Source: Escherichia coli (lineage in GTDB: Bacteria; Pseudomonadota; Gammaproteobacteria; Enterobacterales; Enterobacteriaceae). From it: a stretch of DNA of 64,000 nt. Numbering within the stretch: position 1 is the first letter of the stretch; each line of letters starts with the position of its first letter. The stretch lies in NCBI RefSeq assembly GCF_013315695.1, contig NZ_CP054353.1. The stretch is one strand, 5' to 3'. The position numbers and the translations under genes were made by a program. The notes beneath the pieces are model-generated. The model was not told the origin of the DNA. It saw only the letters and a program-made list of their open reading frames with translations, and made no database searches. Shown here piece after piece: positions 12,763-25,618 of the stretch.

Positions 12763-13140
12763 TTACAAATATAGATAAAGTCTGACTTTGTGCGCCCCCA
12801 GAAAATTGGCGCTGCCGTACAGCGTTACCGCCGAATGTGCGGGAATGGTAACGCTGCGTGGCCTTTCCAGAGGATGCATCTCCAGCCCTCTGGCGTCATA
12901 CCAGTAAAAACGATAATGAACGGTAACGGGTTCTTGCCTTTCGTTATAAAGCGTTGAGGATGCTGAAGGTTGAATATCAGATGTCGAAAGGACGGGCTTT
13001 TCTGCACTGATGCCCGCAGCCAATAAAGATGACTCCATCACCAGCGATTGCTCATCATTCACCGGAATTTCCGGATGTGAACGACAGCCCACCAGCACTA
13101 ACAACGCCAGAGACACCAGCCCAAAGCATCCTTTTCTCAT
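12763..13140 (-). CDS. ycfL: Lipoprotein YcfL
   Basis: 125-aa ORF with lipobox LVGC. Confidence 0.85.
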   Translation of the reverse strand: MRKGCFGLVSLALLVLVGCRSHPEIPVNDEQSLVMESSLLAAGISAEKPVLSTSDIQPSASSTLYNERQEPVTVHYRFYWYDARGLEMHPLERPRSVTIPAHSAVTLYGSANFLGAHKVRLYLYL

Positions 13141-13142
13141 CG

Positions 13143-13502
13143 TTACAGACCTTTATGCGCCAGCATTGGTCCAAGCGGACGGCCACCCAACAAGTGCATA
13201 TGGATGTGGTAAACCTCTTGTCCGCCGTGGCGGTTGGTGTTCATGATCAGACGATAGCCATCTTCGGCAATACCTTCTTGCTCAGCAATTTTTGCCGCTA
13301 CGGTGATCATGCGTCCCAGCGCCTGCTCATGCTCAGCAGACACGTCGTTCACAGTCGGAATGAGGATATTCGGAATGATCAGAATATGCGTTGGCGCTTG
13401 CGGCGAAATATCGCGAAACGCCGTTACCAGATCATCCTGGTAGACGATATCGGAGGGGATCTCACGACGAATAATTTTGCTGAATATAGTTTCTTCTGCC
13501 AC
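13143..13502 (-). CDS. hinT: HIT-family purine nucleoside phosphoramidase HinT (YcfF)
   Basis: ORF-track TTG extension trimmed to GTG at 13502 ([16 protein letters not shown]...), 119 aa; histidine-triad HIHMH present. Confidence 0.93.
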   Translation of the reverse strand: MAEETIFSKIIRREIPSDIVYQDDLVTAFRDISPQAPTHILIIPNILIPTVNDVSAEHEQALGRMITVAAKIAEQEGIAEDGYRLIMNTNRHGGQEVYHIHMHLLGGRPLGPMLAHKGL

Positions 13503-13779
13503 GACATTTTCCTTTTTCAAATAGCCATGCGTTGCGCCATGCTACGCCGCGCCACACTGCGAGTATAGAGTATGGTCGAGTTAAACCTGCTCTTTCAACC
13601 TTAACTCACGATTTCTTAAGCAAAAAATCGTTTTGCTGCCGTATATATCGCCATTATTCCCATTTCTGCCTGCGAATGCGCTGAAAAGACATTCTCTGTT
13701 TGGTTTACACACTAAATATAACCGCTCATCACCCTGCTCCGGCATGAGCCTGACGCCAACATAAACCAAGAGATTTCAA

Positions 13780-15969
13780 ATGCTTTCGACACAATTTAAC
13801 AGGGATAATCAACATCAAGCCATCATCAAACCGTCACTCCTTGCCGGTTGCATAGCACTGGCACTATTACCTTCCGCCGCTTTTGCTGCACCAGCCACTG
13901 AAGAAACGGTGATTGTTGAGGGTTCAGCCACAGCCCCAGATAATGGCGAAAATGATTACAACGTAACGTCTACCTCTGCGGGTACAAAAATGCAGATGAC
14001 TCAACGTGATATTCCTCAGTCGGTCACTATTGTTAGCCAGCAGCGGATGGAAGATCAGCAGTTACAAACGCTGGGCGAAGTGATGGAAAACACGCTGGGG
14101 ATCAGCAAAAGTCAGGCGGATTCCGATCGTGCTCTTTATTATTCCCGCGGATTCCAGATCGATAACTATATGGTTGATGGTATCCCCACCTATTTTGAAT
14201 CGCGCTGGAATCTGGGCGACGCACTTTCTGATATGGCACTGTTTGAACGCGTAGAAGTAGTGCGTGGCGCGACAGGACTCATGACCGGGACGGGTAATCC
14301 ATCTGCGGCAATTAATATGATTCGAAAACACGCGACCAGTCGTGAATTTAAAGGCGATGTCTCGGCGGAATACGGTAGCTGGAACAAAGAACGGTATGTG
14401 GCGGATTTACAAAGCCCACTCACCGAAGATGGTAAAATCCGCGCGCGAATTGTCGGCGGCTACCAGAATAACGACTCATGGCTGGACCGCTACAACAGTG
14501 AAAAAACCTTCTTCTCCGGCATTGTCGATGCTGATTTAGGCGATCTTACGACGCTTTCAGCCGGTTACGAATATCAGCGCATTGATGTTAATAGCCCAAC
14601 CTGGGGCGGTTTACCGCGCTGGAATACTGATGGCAGCAGCAACAGTTACGATCGCGCACGCAGTACCGCACCTGACTGGGCGTATAACGATAAAGAGATC
14701 AACAAGGTCTTTATGACCCTCAAGCAGCGGTTTGCTGATACCTGGCAAGCGACACTGAATGCCACCCACTCCGAAGTCGAATTTGACAGTAAAATGATGT
14801 ATGTCGATGCCTATGTAAACAAAGCGGATGGTATGCTGGTTGGGCCATACAGTAATTATGGACCTGGTTTTGATTATGTCGGCGGCACCGGTTGGAACAG
14901 CGGCAAACGTAAAGTTGATGCGCTGGATTTGTTTGCTGACGGTAGTTATGAATTGTTTGGTCGTCAGCACAATCTAATGTTTGGTGGCAGTTACAGCAAA
15001 CAAAACAATCGTTACATCAGTTCATGGGCCAACATCTTCCCGGATGAAATTGGCAGTTTCTACAACTTTAATGGCAATTTCCCACAAACCGACTGGTCAC
15101 CACAGAGCCTGGCGCAGGACGATACCACACATATGAAATCGTTATATGCTGCCACTCGTGTCACCCTTGCCGATCCGCTGCATCTGATCCTCGGCGCTCG
15201 TTATACCAACTGGCGGGTTGATACGCTGACTTACAGCATGGAGAAAAACCACACCACGCCTTATGCTGGTCTGGTGTTTGACATCAATGACAACTGGTCG
15301 ACCTACGCCAGCTATACCTCTATTTTCCAGCCGCAAAATGATCGTGACAGTTCAGGCAAATATCTGGCTCCAATCACCGGTAACAACTACGAGTTGGGTC
15401 TGAAATCGGACTGGATGAATAGCCGTCTGACCACCACGTTAGCCATCTTCCGTATTGAGCAGGATAATGTCGCTCAGTCCACCGGTACACCTATCCCCGG
15501 CAGCAACGGCGAAACCGCCTATAAAGCGGTGGATGGGACAGTCAGTAAAGGTGTGGAATTTGAACTCAACGGCGCAATTACCGACAACTGGCAGCTGACG
15601 TTTGGCGCAACGCGCTATATTGCAGAAGATAACGAAGGAAACGCCGTTAATCCTAATCTGCCACGCACCACGGTTAAAATGTTCACCAGCTATCGGTTGC
15701 CTGTCATGCCAGAGTTGACGGTCGGCGGTGGTGTTAACTGGCAAAATCGCGTGTATACCGACACCGTGACACCGTATGGCACCTTCCGCGCCGAGCAAGG
15801 TAGCTACGCGCTGGTGGATCTCTTCACCCGCTACCAGGTGACGAAAAACTTCTCGTTACAGGGGAACGTCAATAACCTGTTCGACAAAACCTACGATACC
15901 AACGTGGAAGGTTCTATCGTCTACGGCGCACCTCGTAATTTCAGCATTACCGGCACGTATCAATTCTGA
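13780..15969 (+). CDS. fhuE: TonB-dependent ferric coprogen/rhodotorulic acid receptor FhuE
   Basis: 729-aa ORF with signal peptide, TonB box, C-terminal beta-barrel ending ...TGTYQF. Confidence 0.96.
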   Translation: MLSTQFNRDNQHQAIIKPSLLAGCIALALLPSAAFAAPATEETVIVEGSATAPDNGENDYNVTSTSAGTKMQMTQRDIPQSVTIVSQQRMEDQQLQTLGEVMENTLGISKSQADSDRALYYSRGFQIDNYMVDGIPTYFESRWNLGDALSDMALFERVEVVRGATGLMTGTGNPSAAINMIRKHATSREFKGDVSAEYGSWNKERYVADLQSPLTEDGKIRARIVGGYQNNDSWLDRYNSEKTFFSGIVDADLGDLTTLSAGYEYQRIDVNSPTWGGLPRWNTDGSSNSYDRARSTAPDWAYNDKEINKVFMTLKQRFADTWQATLNATHSEVEFDSKMMYVDAYVNKADGMLVGPYSNYGPGFDYVGGTGWNSGKRKVDALDLFADGSYELFGRQHNLMFGGSYSKQNNRYISSWANIFPDEIGSFYNFNGNFPQTDWSPQSLAQDDTTHMKSLYAATRVTLADPLHLILGARYTNWRVDTLTYSMEKNHTTPYAGLVFDINDNWSTYASYTSIFQPQNDRDSSGKYLAPITGNNYELGLKSDWMNSRLTTTLAIFRIEQDNVAQSTGTPIPGSNGETAYKAVDGTVSKGVEFELNGAITDNWQLTFGATRYIAEDNEGNAVNPNLPRTTVKMFTSYRLPVMPELTVGGGVNWQNRVYTDTVTPYGTFRAEQGSYALVDLFTRYQVTKNFSLQGNVNNLFDKTYDTNVEGSIVYGAPRNFSITGTYQF

Positions 15970-15980
15970 ATAACACCTGT

Positions 15981-16005
15981 AAAAAAGGCAGCCATCTGGC
16001 TGCCT
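15981..16005 (-). terminator. Intrinsic terminator between convergent fhuE and ptsG
   Basis: A-tract then perfect 8-bp stem aggcagcc/ggctgcct with 4-nt loop. Confidence 0.6.
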
Positions 16006-16028
16006 TAGTCTCCCCAACGTCTTACGGA

Positions 16029-17462
16029 TTAGTGGTTACGGATGTACTCATCCATCTCGGTTTTCAGGTTATCGGATTTAGTACCGAAAATCGCCTGAAC
16101 ACCAGAACCAGCAACCACTACGCCCGCTGCGCCCAGTTTCTTCAGGCCAGCCTGATCCACTTTAGACACATCAGCAACGCTGACGCGCAGACGGGTAATA
16201 CATGCGTCGAGGTTAGTAATGTTTTCTTTACCACCAAATGCAGCAACCAGAGCCGGTGCCATTTCGCTGGTACCTGTCGCTTTTGCATCTTCAGTCGCAT
16301 CTTCACGACCCGGCGTTTTCAGATCCAGTGCTTTAATCAGCACGCGGAAGATGGTGTAGTAAACAATCGCATAACCGATACCGACGATCGGGAACAGCCA
16401 CAGTTTGCTGCTGTTACCAGACAGAACGATGAAGTCGATCAGACCGTGCGAGAACGACGTACCGTCACGCATCCCCAAAAGAATACAGATTGGGAATGCC
16501 AGGCCTGCCAGAATCGCGTGGATGATGTACAGGATCGGCGCAACGAACATGAAGGAGAACTCGATCGGCTCGGTGATACCGGTCAGGAACGAGGTCAGCG
16601 CTGCGGAGATCATAATACCGCCCACTTTCGCGCGGTTTTCTGGTTTAGCAGAGTGCCAGATAGCAATTGCGGCAGCTGGCAGACCGTACATTTTGAACAG
16701 GAAGCCACCAGACAGTTTACCCGCAGTCGGGTCACCCGCCATATAACGCGGAATGTCGCCGTGGAAAACCTGACCTGCTGCGTTGGTGTATTCACCAATT
16801 TGCATCTGGAAAGGTACGTTCCAGATGTGGTGCAGACCAAACGGTACCAGGCAACGTTCGATGAAACCGTAAATGCCAAACGCAACTACCGGGTTCTGGT
16901 AAGCAGCCCACTGAGAGAAGGTCTGGATTGCAGAACCAATCGGCGGCCAAATGAAGGACAGCACAACGCCAGTAAAGATGGCAGCCAGGCCAGAAATGAT
17001 CGGCACAAAGCGTTTACCGGCAAAGAAGCCAAGATACTCAGGCAGCTTAATACGGTAGAAACGGTTAAACATATACGCTGCAATCGCACCGGAGATAATC
17101 CCTCCGAGTACGCCAGTATCCGCCAGGTGTTTAGAGGCGATTTCTTCAGCAGGTAAATGCAGTACCAGTGGCGCAACCACGGCCATGGTTTTAACCATGA
17201 TGCCATAGGCAACAACTGCGGCCAGCGCGGATACGCCATCGTTATTGGTAAAGCCGAGGGCGACACCGATCGCAAAAATCAGTGGCATGTTTGCAAAGAC
17301 GGAACCGCCTGCTTCTGCCATAACATGCGATACAACGGCGGGCAGCCAGCTGAAATTCGCGGAACCGACGCCCAGCAGAATACCTGCGATAGGCAGTACG
17401 GATACCGGCAGCATCAGCGATTTACCGACCTTTTGCAGGTTAGCAAATGCATTCTTAAACAT
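16029..17462 (-). CDS. ptsG: PTS glucose-specific EIICB component
   Basis: 477-aa [36 protein letters not shown]...; EIIB cysteine motif [10 protein letters not shown]. Confidence 0.98.
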
Positions 17463-17620
17463 AATTGAGAGTGCTCCTGAGTATGGGTGCTTTTTTTACG
17501 TTCTCACGCGTGGCAAGGGGGGAGAGCCTCGCCGTGTACAGGGCATCTAAGCGCCCTTTATTTATTACACAGAGTAAAATAATTCAGTGCCAATTTGTTT
17601 GACGGCTATCACGTTTCAAC
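17463..17620 (-). promoter_or_regulatory. ptsG promoter and 5' UTR region (expected site of Mlc/CRP control and SgrS pairing)
   Basis: Position immediately upstream of ptsG start; individual sites placed by established knowledge, not resolved here. Confidence 0.45.
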
Positions 17621-17756
17621 TTCAGATCATTGGAGAAGTTGCACATTTTGACAAAACATATGTCACAATATTTCAAACGTGGTTATTCACCGCCCAATTT
17701 TCGGCGGTGAACTTTACTCGTTTTAGCAATTAATTACGAGCTTTAAAAAAACTCAT

Positions 17757-18554
17757 TCAACGGATGGATTGAAGGCGGGAAGCGTCGATGTGAAACAGAC
17801 GGGCGAAGTTATCGGTGGTTACCTGCGCCAGTTCTTCAACGGCAACACCTTTCAACACAGCCATGTATTCTGCAACGTCACGAACCATCGCAGGTTGATT
17901 CTCTTTTCCTCGATGCGGTACCGGCGCAAGGTAAGGTGAGTCAGTTTCCACCAGTAACCGATCCAGGGGGACATAACGCGCAGCATCGCGCAGTTGCTCC
18001 GCATTACGGAAGGTCACAATGCCGGAAAAGGAGATGTAAAATCCGAGATCCAGTAATTTACCCGCCGTTTCTCTGTCCTCTGTAAAACAGTGTAGTACGC
18101 CACCGCAATCCGTCACTTTTTCTTCGCGCAGAATTGCCAGCGTATCGGCGCGGGCGTCACGGGTGTGGACGATAACCGGCTTGTTCAGTTCACGACCAAT
18201 CTGGATATGATGGATGAAGGACTCTTGCTGACGTACTTTAGTTTCCGGCGTGTAATAATAATCCAGCCCGGTTTCACCCAGCGCAACAACGCCCTCTTCT
18301 GCCGCCAGACGGCGTAAATCTTCTACATCGTAGGGATCATTCTGGTTGAGTGGATGCACGCCACAAGAAAATACGACGTTGTCACGTTCGCCTACCAGAT
18401 CCCGCATGTGTAAATAACCCGGTAATGTTGTGGCGACTGCCAGACAAAATTTCACATCGCGTGCGGCGGCTTTCGCCAGAACGTCATCCACGTCCTTATG
18501 CAAAGATTCATAATCCAGACCATCGAGATGGCAGTGTGAGTCGACTAAAAACAT
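17757..18554 (-). CDS. ycfH: TatD-family metal-dependent hydrolase YcfH
   Basis: ORF trimmed to ATG 18554 ([16 protein letters not shown]...), 265 aa. Confidence 0.9.
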
Positions 18555-18564
18555 GATGTCTCTC

Positions 18565-19569
18565 TTAAAGATGAGGAACCGGTAGCACAACGCCCGGTTG
18601 CAGGTAATGCTCAATACGCAGTAAAAGATCGGTGATGAGAAGCTCGCGGTTAATACCTGTGACAGACATTAACTGTTCACGAATGTGGCAAACATCCCCC
18701 AGTATAGCCTGCAGGCGCGAGGGAGAAAGATGGTTTGCCAGTTCGACGACCAGGCCCGGCACATCAACATTGGTCACCTGCGCAGCGCCATGATGGCGTT
18801 TTAGCGCATCCATCAGCAACGTTGCCAACCAGTGTAAACGCGCCGGAGCTTGTTCATGATTAAGGGCCGCCAGCAGCGAATACCAGTCGCCCGATTGCAC
18901 GCTATATGCCAACGCCTGACACAATGTTTCACGAGCCTGCCAGTTATCTCCCTGAAACAACGCCAGTGCCGCGCCAGGCGAACCGGCGCTTAAACGCAAT
19001 GCGGCAAGTAATGCATCCTGTGACATTGTCACTTCGCGTGAAAGCCAGGTCACGGCGTACTGTTCCGGCGGCGGCGCAAGGTAATGTAACCGACAACGAC
19101 TACGTAATGTTGCCAGTAAACGTTCAGGCTCGCGGGTAGCAAGGAAAAACCAGGTTTCTGCTGGTGGCTCTTCAAGCGTTTTCAGCAATGCGTTAGCCGC
19201 GGCGTCAGTCAGTAAGGCAGCATCGGTTACCCAGACAACTTTCGCACCACCTAAGCGTGCGTGCTCATTTAACTTTTCGGTGACTTCACGTACCGCATCA
19301 ATGCCCAGCGCATTTTTCCCTTTCTCGGGAGCCAGGGTGTAATAATCGGGATGCGTGCCAGCCTGCATCAACTGACATCCACGACAGTGACCGCAACTTT
19401 TGTGGCCCTGCGGTTGTTGGCAGAGTAAATAACGGCTCAGGGCGTAGATTAAAGCATCCTCGCCCATACCCGGTAACGCCTGAATGAGTAGCGCATGGTG
19501 ACCTCTTCCGGCCTGATAGCTGGCTACCAGTTTTTCGAAATCAGGTCGTAACCATGGATACCATCTCAT
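18565..19569 (-). CDS. holB: DNA polymerase III delta-prime subunit
   Basis: ORF trimmed to ATG 19569 ([28 protein letters not shown]...), 334 aa; overlaps tmk by 4 nt. Confidence 0.94.
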
Positions 19570-20207
19570 GCGTCCAACTCCTTCACCCAATTGGTCACGG
19601 TAGTGCGGATTGCATCCATCACGGACTCCAGCGGCTGGGTGGCATCAATGGTATGAATGCTTTTATCTTGTGCTGCCAGTTCCAGATAGCGGGCGCGGGT
19701 GCGATTAAAGAAATCGAAAGACTCTTGCTCAATACGATCCAGCTCGCCGCGAGCACGCGCACGTTTTAAGCCAACTTCCGGGGTAACATCGAGATAGAGC
19801 GTTAAGTCGGGGCGAAAATCCCCGAGAACAGCATCACGCAATGTTGCCAGCATATGTTGGTCAATACCACGTCCGCCGCCCTGATACGCCTGAGTGGAGA
19901 GATCGTGGCGATCGCCAATCACCCAGGTGCCGTTAGCCAGCGCTGGTTTGATGACCGTTTCTACCAGTTGAACGCGCGCGGCATAAAACATCAGAACTTC
20001 GGCTTTATCGGTAATGACTTCATCGCCTACCGATTTGATATCCAGCACCAGGCTTCTTAACTTTTCGGCAAGTTGCGTACCGCCAGGTTCCCGAGTGAAA
20101 ACCATGTCGCGGATACCCAGTTGCTCGAGCGTCTCAACCACCACATTACGCGCGGTAGTTTTGCCTGCGCCTTCCAGCCCCTCAATGACGATATACTTAC
20201 TGCGCAT
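19566..20207 (-). CDS. tmk: Thymidylate kinase
   Basis: 213-aa [21 protein letters not shown]... (P-loop). Confidence 0.96.
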
Positions 20208-21219
20208 TTTTTTCCTTAAGCACTTTCAGATAATCCTGCACAGACTTGTTATGACTGGCAAGATTGGTATTAAACGTGTGACCACCTTTACCATCGGCCA
20301 CAAAATAGAGATACGGCGTTTTTGCCGGATGCGCAGCAGCCTTCAGCGAATCCGCCCCCGGCGTCGCTATCGCACCTGGCGGCAAACCGGTAATGGTATA
20401 GGTGTTATACGCTGTCGGCGTTTCCAGGTCTGCACGAGAAAGTTTGCCATTATAACGCTCTCCCATCCCGTAAATCACGGTCGGGTCGGTCTGCAGGCGC
20501 ATACCAATGCGTAACCGGTTGATAAATACCGAGGCCACCTGATCGCGTTCACTGGCAACGGCGGTTTCTTTTTCGATAATTGATGCCATCGTCACCAGCT
20601 GGTTTTTATCTTTATAGGGCAGACCGTCCGCACGCCCTTCCCAGGCGCTATCGACCGCTTTCACCATTTTCTTGTGCGCTCGCTTGAGTAACGCGACATC
20701 GGTGGTATTGGCGGTATACATCCAGGTGTCTGGCCAGAACCAACCTTCAATCCACTCCGGGTTTTCCAGTTCAAGTGCCTGCGCTACGGTGGCGTACTTA
20801 TCGTCGCTCAGCGTATGCTTGATATACGGGGCCTCACGCAATTGCTTGAGGTAATCGCTCAGACGCATCCCTTCTACCAGTCGCAGAGGGAACTGTGCTT
20901 CTTTACCGCTTTCCAGCAATTTCAGCATCTCGCGCACGGTCATCTGCGGTGTAAAGCGGTAAGTCCCGGCTTTAAAGTGAGAAAGATCCGGTTCGATACG
21001 CAGCAGCCATTGAAAAACCCGTGGGCGATTGATGATCTTATCGGCATAAAGCTGTTCACCTAGCGCCAGACGTCCGGTCCCTGGCTTCAGGGTAAATATC
21101 GTCTCTTCTTTGATAAGCAATTTGCTGTCGGCAAGATGGCGAACCTTCCAGACGCCCACACCAGCGGCGATACCCAGTACCACCAGTAATAACAAGATAA
21201 TCAATAACACTTTTTTCAT
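20197..21219 (-). CDS. mltG: Endolytic murein transglycosylase MltG (YceG)
   Basis: 340-aa ORF with N-terminal transmembrane helix; YceG family. Confidence 0.93.
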
Positions 21220-21221
21220 GA

Positions 21222-22031
21222 CTAATTCGGGCGCTCACAAAGTGGGGCTAAATATTCATATAACGTTGCTGACGAAAAGGAGACATCGCCACAGGCACGT
21301 ACGGGCATCACTGGCATTAACGCATTACAAATAACCATCTCATCTGCCTGCAACGCCTCTTCCAGAGAGGCTTGCACTTCGACAAGCTGATAAGAGGATT
21401 GTGCCAGCAAACGGATACAGAATTGTCGCATAATGCCGTTAACACCTGCCTGATCCAGTCGCGGCGTATAAACTACGTTGCCCTTCCGCCAGAACAAATT
21501 AGCCGCACAGCATTCCGTAACCCACCCTTCGCTGTCAAGGACCAGCGCCTCATCAGCGTTTGTCTGCTCAAGATGAGAGCGGATCAATACTTGCTCAAGC
21601 CGATTAAGATGTTTAATACCTGCAAGATGAGGATTGCGCCCCAGCCGCACCGGGCTTAGCGCCAACGTCATCCCCTCGTTACGCAAACGGTCGTAATGTG
21701 CGGGATAAACCGTAACGGAGAGAATCCGCGTTGCCGGTCCGCTGTTCAATGTGCTGTATCCTCGCCCGCCACTACCGCGACTGATCACCACTTTCAGCAC
21801 ACCATTTTGCTGTTCTGCTGTCAGCGTTTTCATCTCTAGTTCAAGCTGAGGCCAGAAGTCACAGGAAATCATCAACCGCTGACAAGCATCCTGTAGTCGC
21901 TGGATATGCGCCGATAACAAACTGACTTTACCGTCGATAACTCTGGCGGTGGTAAAACAACCATCACCAAACTGCGTTGCCCGATCGCTTACTGCCAGCG
22001 ATTCCTGCTTATGACCGTTAATTAAGAACAT
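21222..22031 (-). CDS. pabC: Aminodeoxychorismate lyase PabC
   Basis: 269-aa [31 protein letters not shown]...; fold-type IV PLP enzyme. Confidence 0.93.
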   Translation of the reverse strand: MFLINGHKQESLAVSDRATQFGDGCFTTARVIDGKVSLLSAHIQRLQDACQRLMISCDFWPQLELEMKTLTAEQQNGVLKVVISRGSGGRGYSTLNSGPATRILSVTVYPAHYDRLRNEGMTLALSPVRLGRNPHLAGIKHLNRLEQVLIRSHLEQTNADEALVLDSEGWVTECCAANLFWRKGNVVYTPRLDQAGVNGIMRQFCIRLLAQSSYQLVEVQASLEEALQADEMVICNALMPVMPVRACGDVSFSSATLYEYLAPLCERPN

Positions 22032-22100
22032 ACTGGCTCCTTATCAGAGAATTGTTAGTGTGGCAGCATGTTCACTACGGAACAAGTCGGAATAAAAGCT

Positions 22101-22126
22101 AAGAAAAAAGGCCCGCAAGCGGACCT
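22101..22126 (-). terminator. Probable fabF terminator
   Basis: Imperfect 7-bp stem (one mismatch) followed on the minus strand by a U-rich tract. Confidence 0.4.
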
Positions 22127-22150
22127 TTTATAAGGGTGGGAAATGACAAC

Positions 22151-23422
<1,272 letters not shown>

Positions 23423-23431
23423 CTAGTGGGA

Positions 23432-23467
23432 CAAAAAGATAAAACTCAGGCGGTCGAACGACCGCCT
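23432..23467 (-). terminator. acpP terminator
   Basis: Inverted repeat caggcggtcg/cgaccgcctg followed on the minus strand by a U-rich tract. Confidence 0.5.
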
Positions 23468-23479
23468 GGAGATGTTCAC

Positions 23480-23716
23480 TTACGCCTGGTGGCCGTTGAT
23501 GTAATCAATGGCAGCCTGAACGGTGGTGATTTTCTCAGCTTCTTCGTCCGGAATCTCAGTATCAAACTCTTCTTCCAGAGCCATTACCAGCTCAACGGTG
23601 TCAAGAGAATCCGCGCCCAGGTCTTCAACGAAAGAAGCATTGTTGGTAACTTCTTCCTGCTTAACGCCCAGCTGTTCGCCGATAATTTTCTTAACGCGTT
23701 CTTCGATAGTGCTCAT
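23480..23716 (-). CDS. acpP: Acyl carrier protein
   Basis: 78-aa [47 protein letters not shown]... with phosphopantetheine site DSLD. Confidence 0.99.
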
Positions 23717-23926
23717 ACTCTTAAATTTCCTATCAAAACTCGCTTTCGCGATGGTTTTCGTAGTGTATAAAATGTTGAAAAATTTGCAACTAAATCCCGG
23801 CAGGTCTTACCACGATTTTACGTTATTTTGAGGCCTTACCCCCCAATAACGCAAATCATTTTGCACTAATTATTACTCATAACCACGCAGACTGCGCGCA
23901 ACATGAGCATTTTGTGCAAATCGCGG

Positions 23927-24661
23927 TCAGACCATGTACATCCCGCCGTTCACATGCAAAGTTTCACCCGTGATGTAAGCTGCTTCGTCGGATGCCAGGA
24001 ATGCAACCGCGTTGGCGATTTCCTGTGCGCCGCCGAGGCGACCCGCAGGAACCTGCGCCAGGATACCCGCACGCTGGTCATCGCTCAGCGCACGTGTCAT
24101 GTCCGTTTCAATAAAGCCCGGAGCAACAACGTTTACAGTAATACCGCGTGACGCAACTTCGCGCGCCAGTGATTTACTGAAGCCGATCAAGCCCGCTTTC
24201 GCCGCAGCGTAGTTGGCCTGACCGCCATTTCCCATGGTACCAACCACAGAACCGATAGTGATAATACGACCATGACGCTTTTTCATCATAGCGCGCATTA
24301 CCGCTTTTGACAGACGGAAAACAGATGAAAGGTTGGTTTCGATAATATCGTTCCACTCTTCATCTTTCATTCGCATTAACAGGTTATCACGAGTGATACC
24401 GGCATTATTGACCAGGATATCCACTTCACCAAATTCTGCGCGAATTTTTTCCAGAACAGATTCGATAGATGCCGGGTCGGTCACATTCAACATCAGACCT
24501 TTGCCGTTGGCACCTAAATAATCACTGATCGCCTGAGCGCCATTTTCACTGGTCGCAGTGCCAATAACTTTCGCGCCACGGGCTGCGAGCGTTTCAGCAA
24601 TTGCGCGGCCAATTCCGCGGCTTGCACCGGTTACCAGTGCGATTTTTCCTTCAAAATTCAT
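23927..24661 (-). CDS. fabG: 3-oxoacyl-ACP reductase FabG
   Basis: 244-aa SDR ORF MNFEGKIALVTGASRGIGRAIAETL... Confidence 0.97.
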   Translation of the reverse strand: MNFEGKIALVTGASRGIGRAIAETLAARGAKVIGTATSENGAQAISDYLGANGKGLMLNVTDPASIESVLEKIRAEFGEVDILVNNAGITRDNLLMRMKDEEWNDIIETNLSSVFRLSKAVMRAMMKKRHGRIITIGSVVGTMGNGGQANYAAAKAGLIGFSKSLAREVASRGITVNVVAPGFIETDMTRALSDDQRAGILAQVPAGRLGGAQEIANAVAFLASDEAAYITGETLHVNGGMYMV

Positions 24662-24673
24662 GATTTTCCTCTT

Positions 24674-25603
24674 TTAAAGCTCGAGCGCCGCTGCCATCGC
24701 TGAAGGTTCGTTCAGCGCCGAGGCGGTCAGGGTGTCGACAATGCGTTTCGTCAGGCCAGTAAGCACTTTGCCCGGGCCGACTTCATAGAGATGTTCTACG
24801 CCTTGCGCTGCCATGTATTCAACAGACTTCGTCCACTGAACCGGGTTATACAACTGACGTACCAGTGCGTCACGGATGGCATCACCATTGGTTTCGCATT
24901 TCACATCAACGTTATTCACAACAGGAACTGTTGGTGCGTTAAAGGTGATTTTCGCTAATTCTACTGCCAGTTTGTCGGCTGCTGGTTTCATCAGCGCACA
25001 GTGAGACGGTACGCTCACTGGTAACGGTAGAGCGCGTTTTGCGCCCGCAGCTTTACAGGCAGCGCCAGCACGCTCAACTGCTTCTTTATGACCGGCAATA
25101 ACCACCTGTCCCGGAGAGTTAAAGTTTACCGGAGAAACGACCTGACCTTCTGCAGCTTCTTCACACGCTTTCGCAATAGACGCATCATCCAGACCGATGA
25201 TTGCCGCCATAGCGCCCGTTCCTTCCGGTACGGCTTCTTGCATAAACTTACCGCGCATCTCAACCAGACGCATCGCATCAGCGAAATCAATCACGCCAGC
25301 GCATACCAGCGCGGAGTATTCCCCCAGGCTGTGACCGGCCATCATTGCCGGTGCTTTACCGCCCTGCTGCTGCCATACGCGATACAGCGCAACAGATGCA
25401 GTCAACAGCGCTGGCTGGGTTTGCCAGGTTTTATTCAGTTCTTCAGCTGGCCCCTGCTGGGTCAGCGCCCACAGGTCGTAGCCCAGCGCCGCAGAAGCTT
25501 CAGCAAACGTTTCTTCGACAATTGGATAGCTCGCCGCCATATCAGCCAGCATTCCAACGGTTTGAGAACCCTGTCCAGGGAACACAAATGCAAATTGCGT
25601 CAT
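24674..25603 (-). CDS. fabD: Malonyl-CoA:ACP transacylase FabD
   Basis: 309-aa ORF MTQFAFVFPGQGSQTVGML... with GHSLGE active-site motif. Confidence 0.97.
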   Translation of the reverse strand: MTQFAFVFPGQGSQTVGMLADMAASYPIVEETFAEASAALGYDLWALTQQGPAEELNKTWQTQPALLTASVALYRVWQQQGGKAPAMMAGHSLGEYSALVCAGVIDFADAMRLVEMRGKFMQEAVPEGTGAMAAIIGLDDASIAKACEEAAEGQVVSPVNFNSPGQVVIAGHKEAVERAGAACKAAGAKRALPLPVSVPSHCALMKPAADKLAVELAKITFNAPTVPVVNNVDVKCETNGDAIRDALVRQLYNPVQWTKSVEYMAAQGVEHLYEVGPGKVLTGLTKRIVDTLTASALNEPSAMAAALEL

Positions 25604-25618
25604 GTTTTAATCCTTATC

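Noticed and set aside
13503-13779. Fur box upstream of fhuE
   Set aside because: fhuE is expected to be Fur-regulated, but I could not locate a convincing 19-bp Fur consensus by eye in this spacer, so no site is called.
16032-17156. 374-aa plus-strand ORF antisense to ptsG
   Set aside because: Fully inside ptsG on the opposite strand; composition (Arg/Gln/Asn-rich, no domain) is typical of a spurious antisense ORF.
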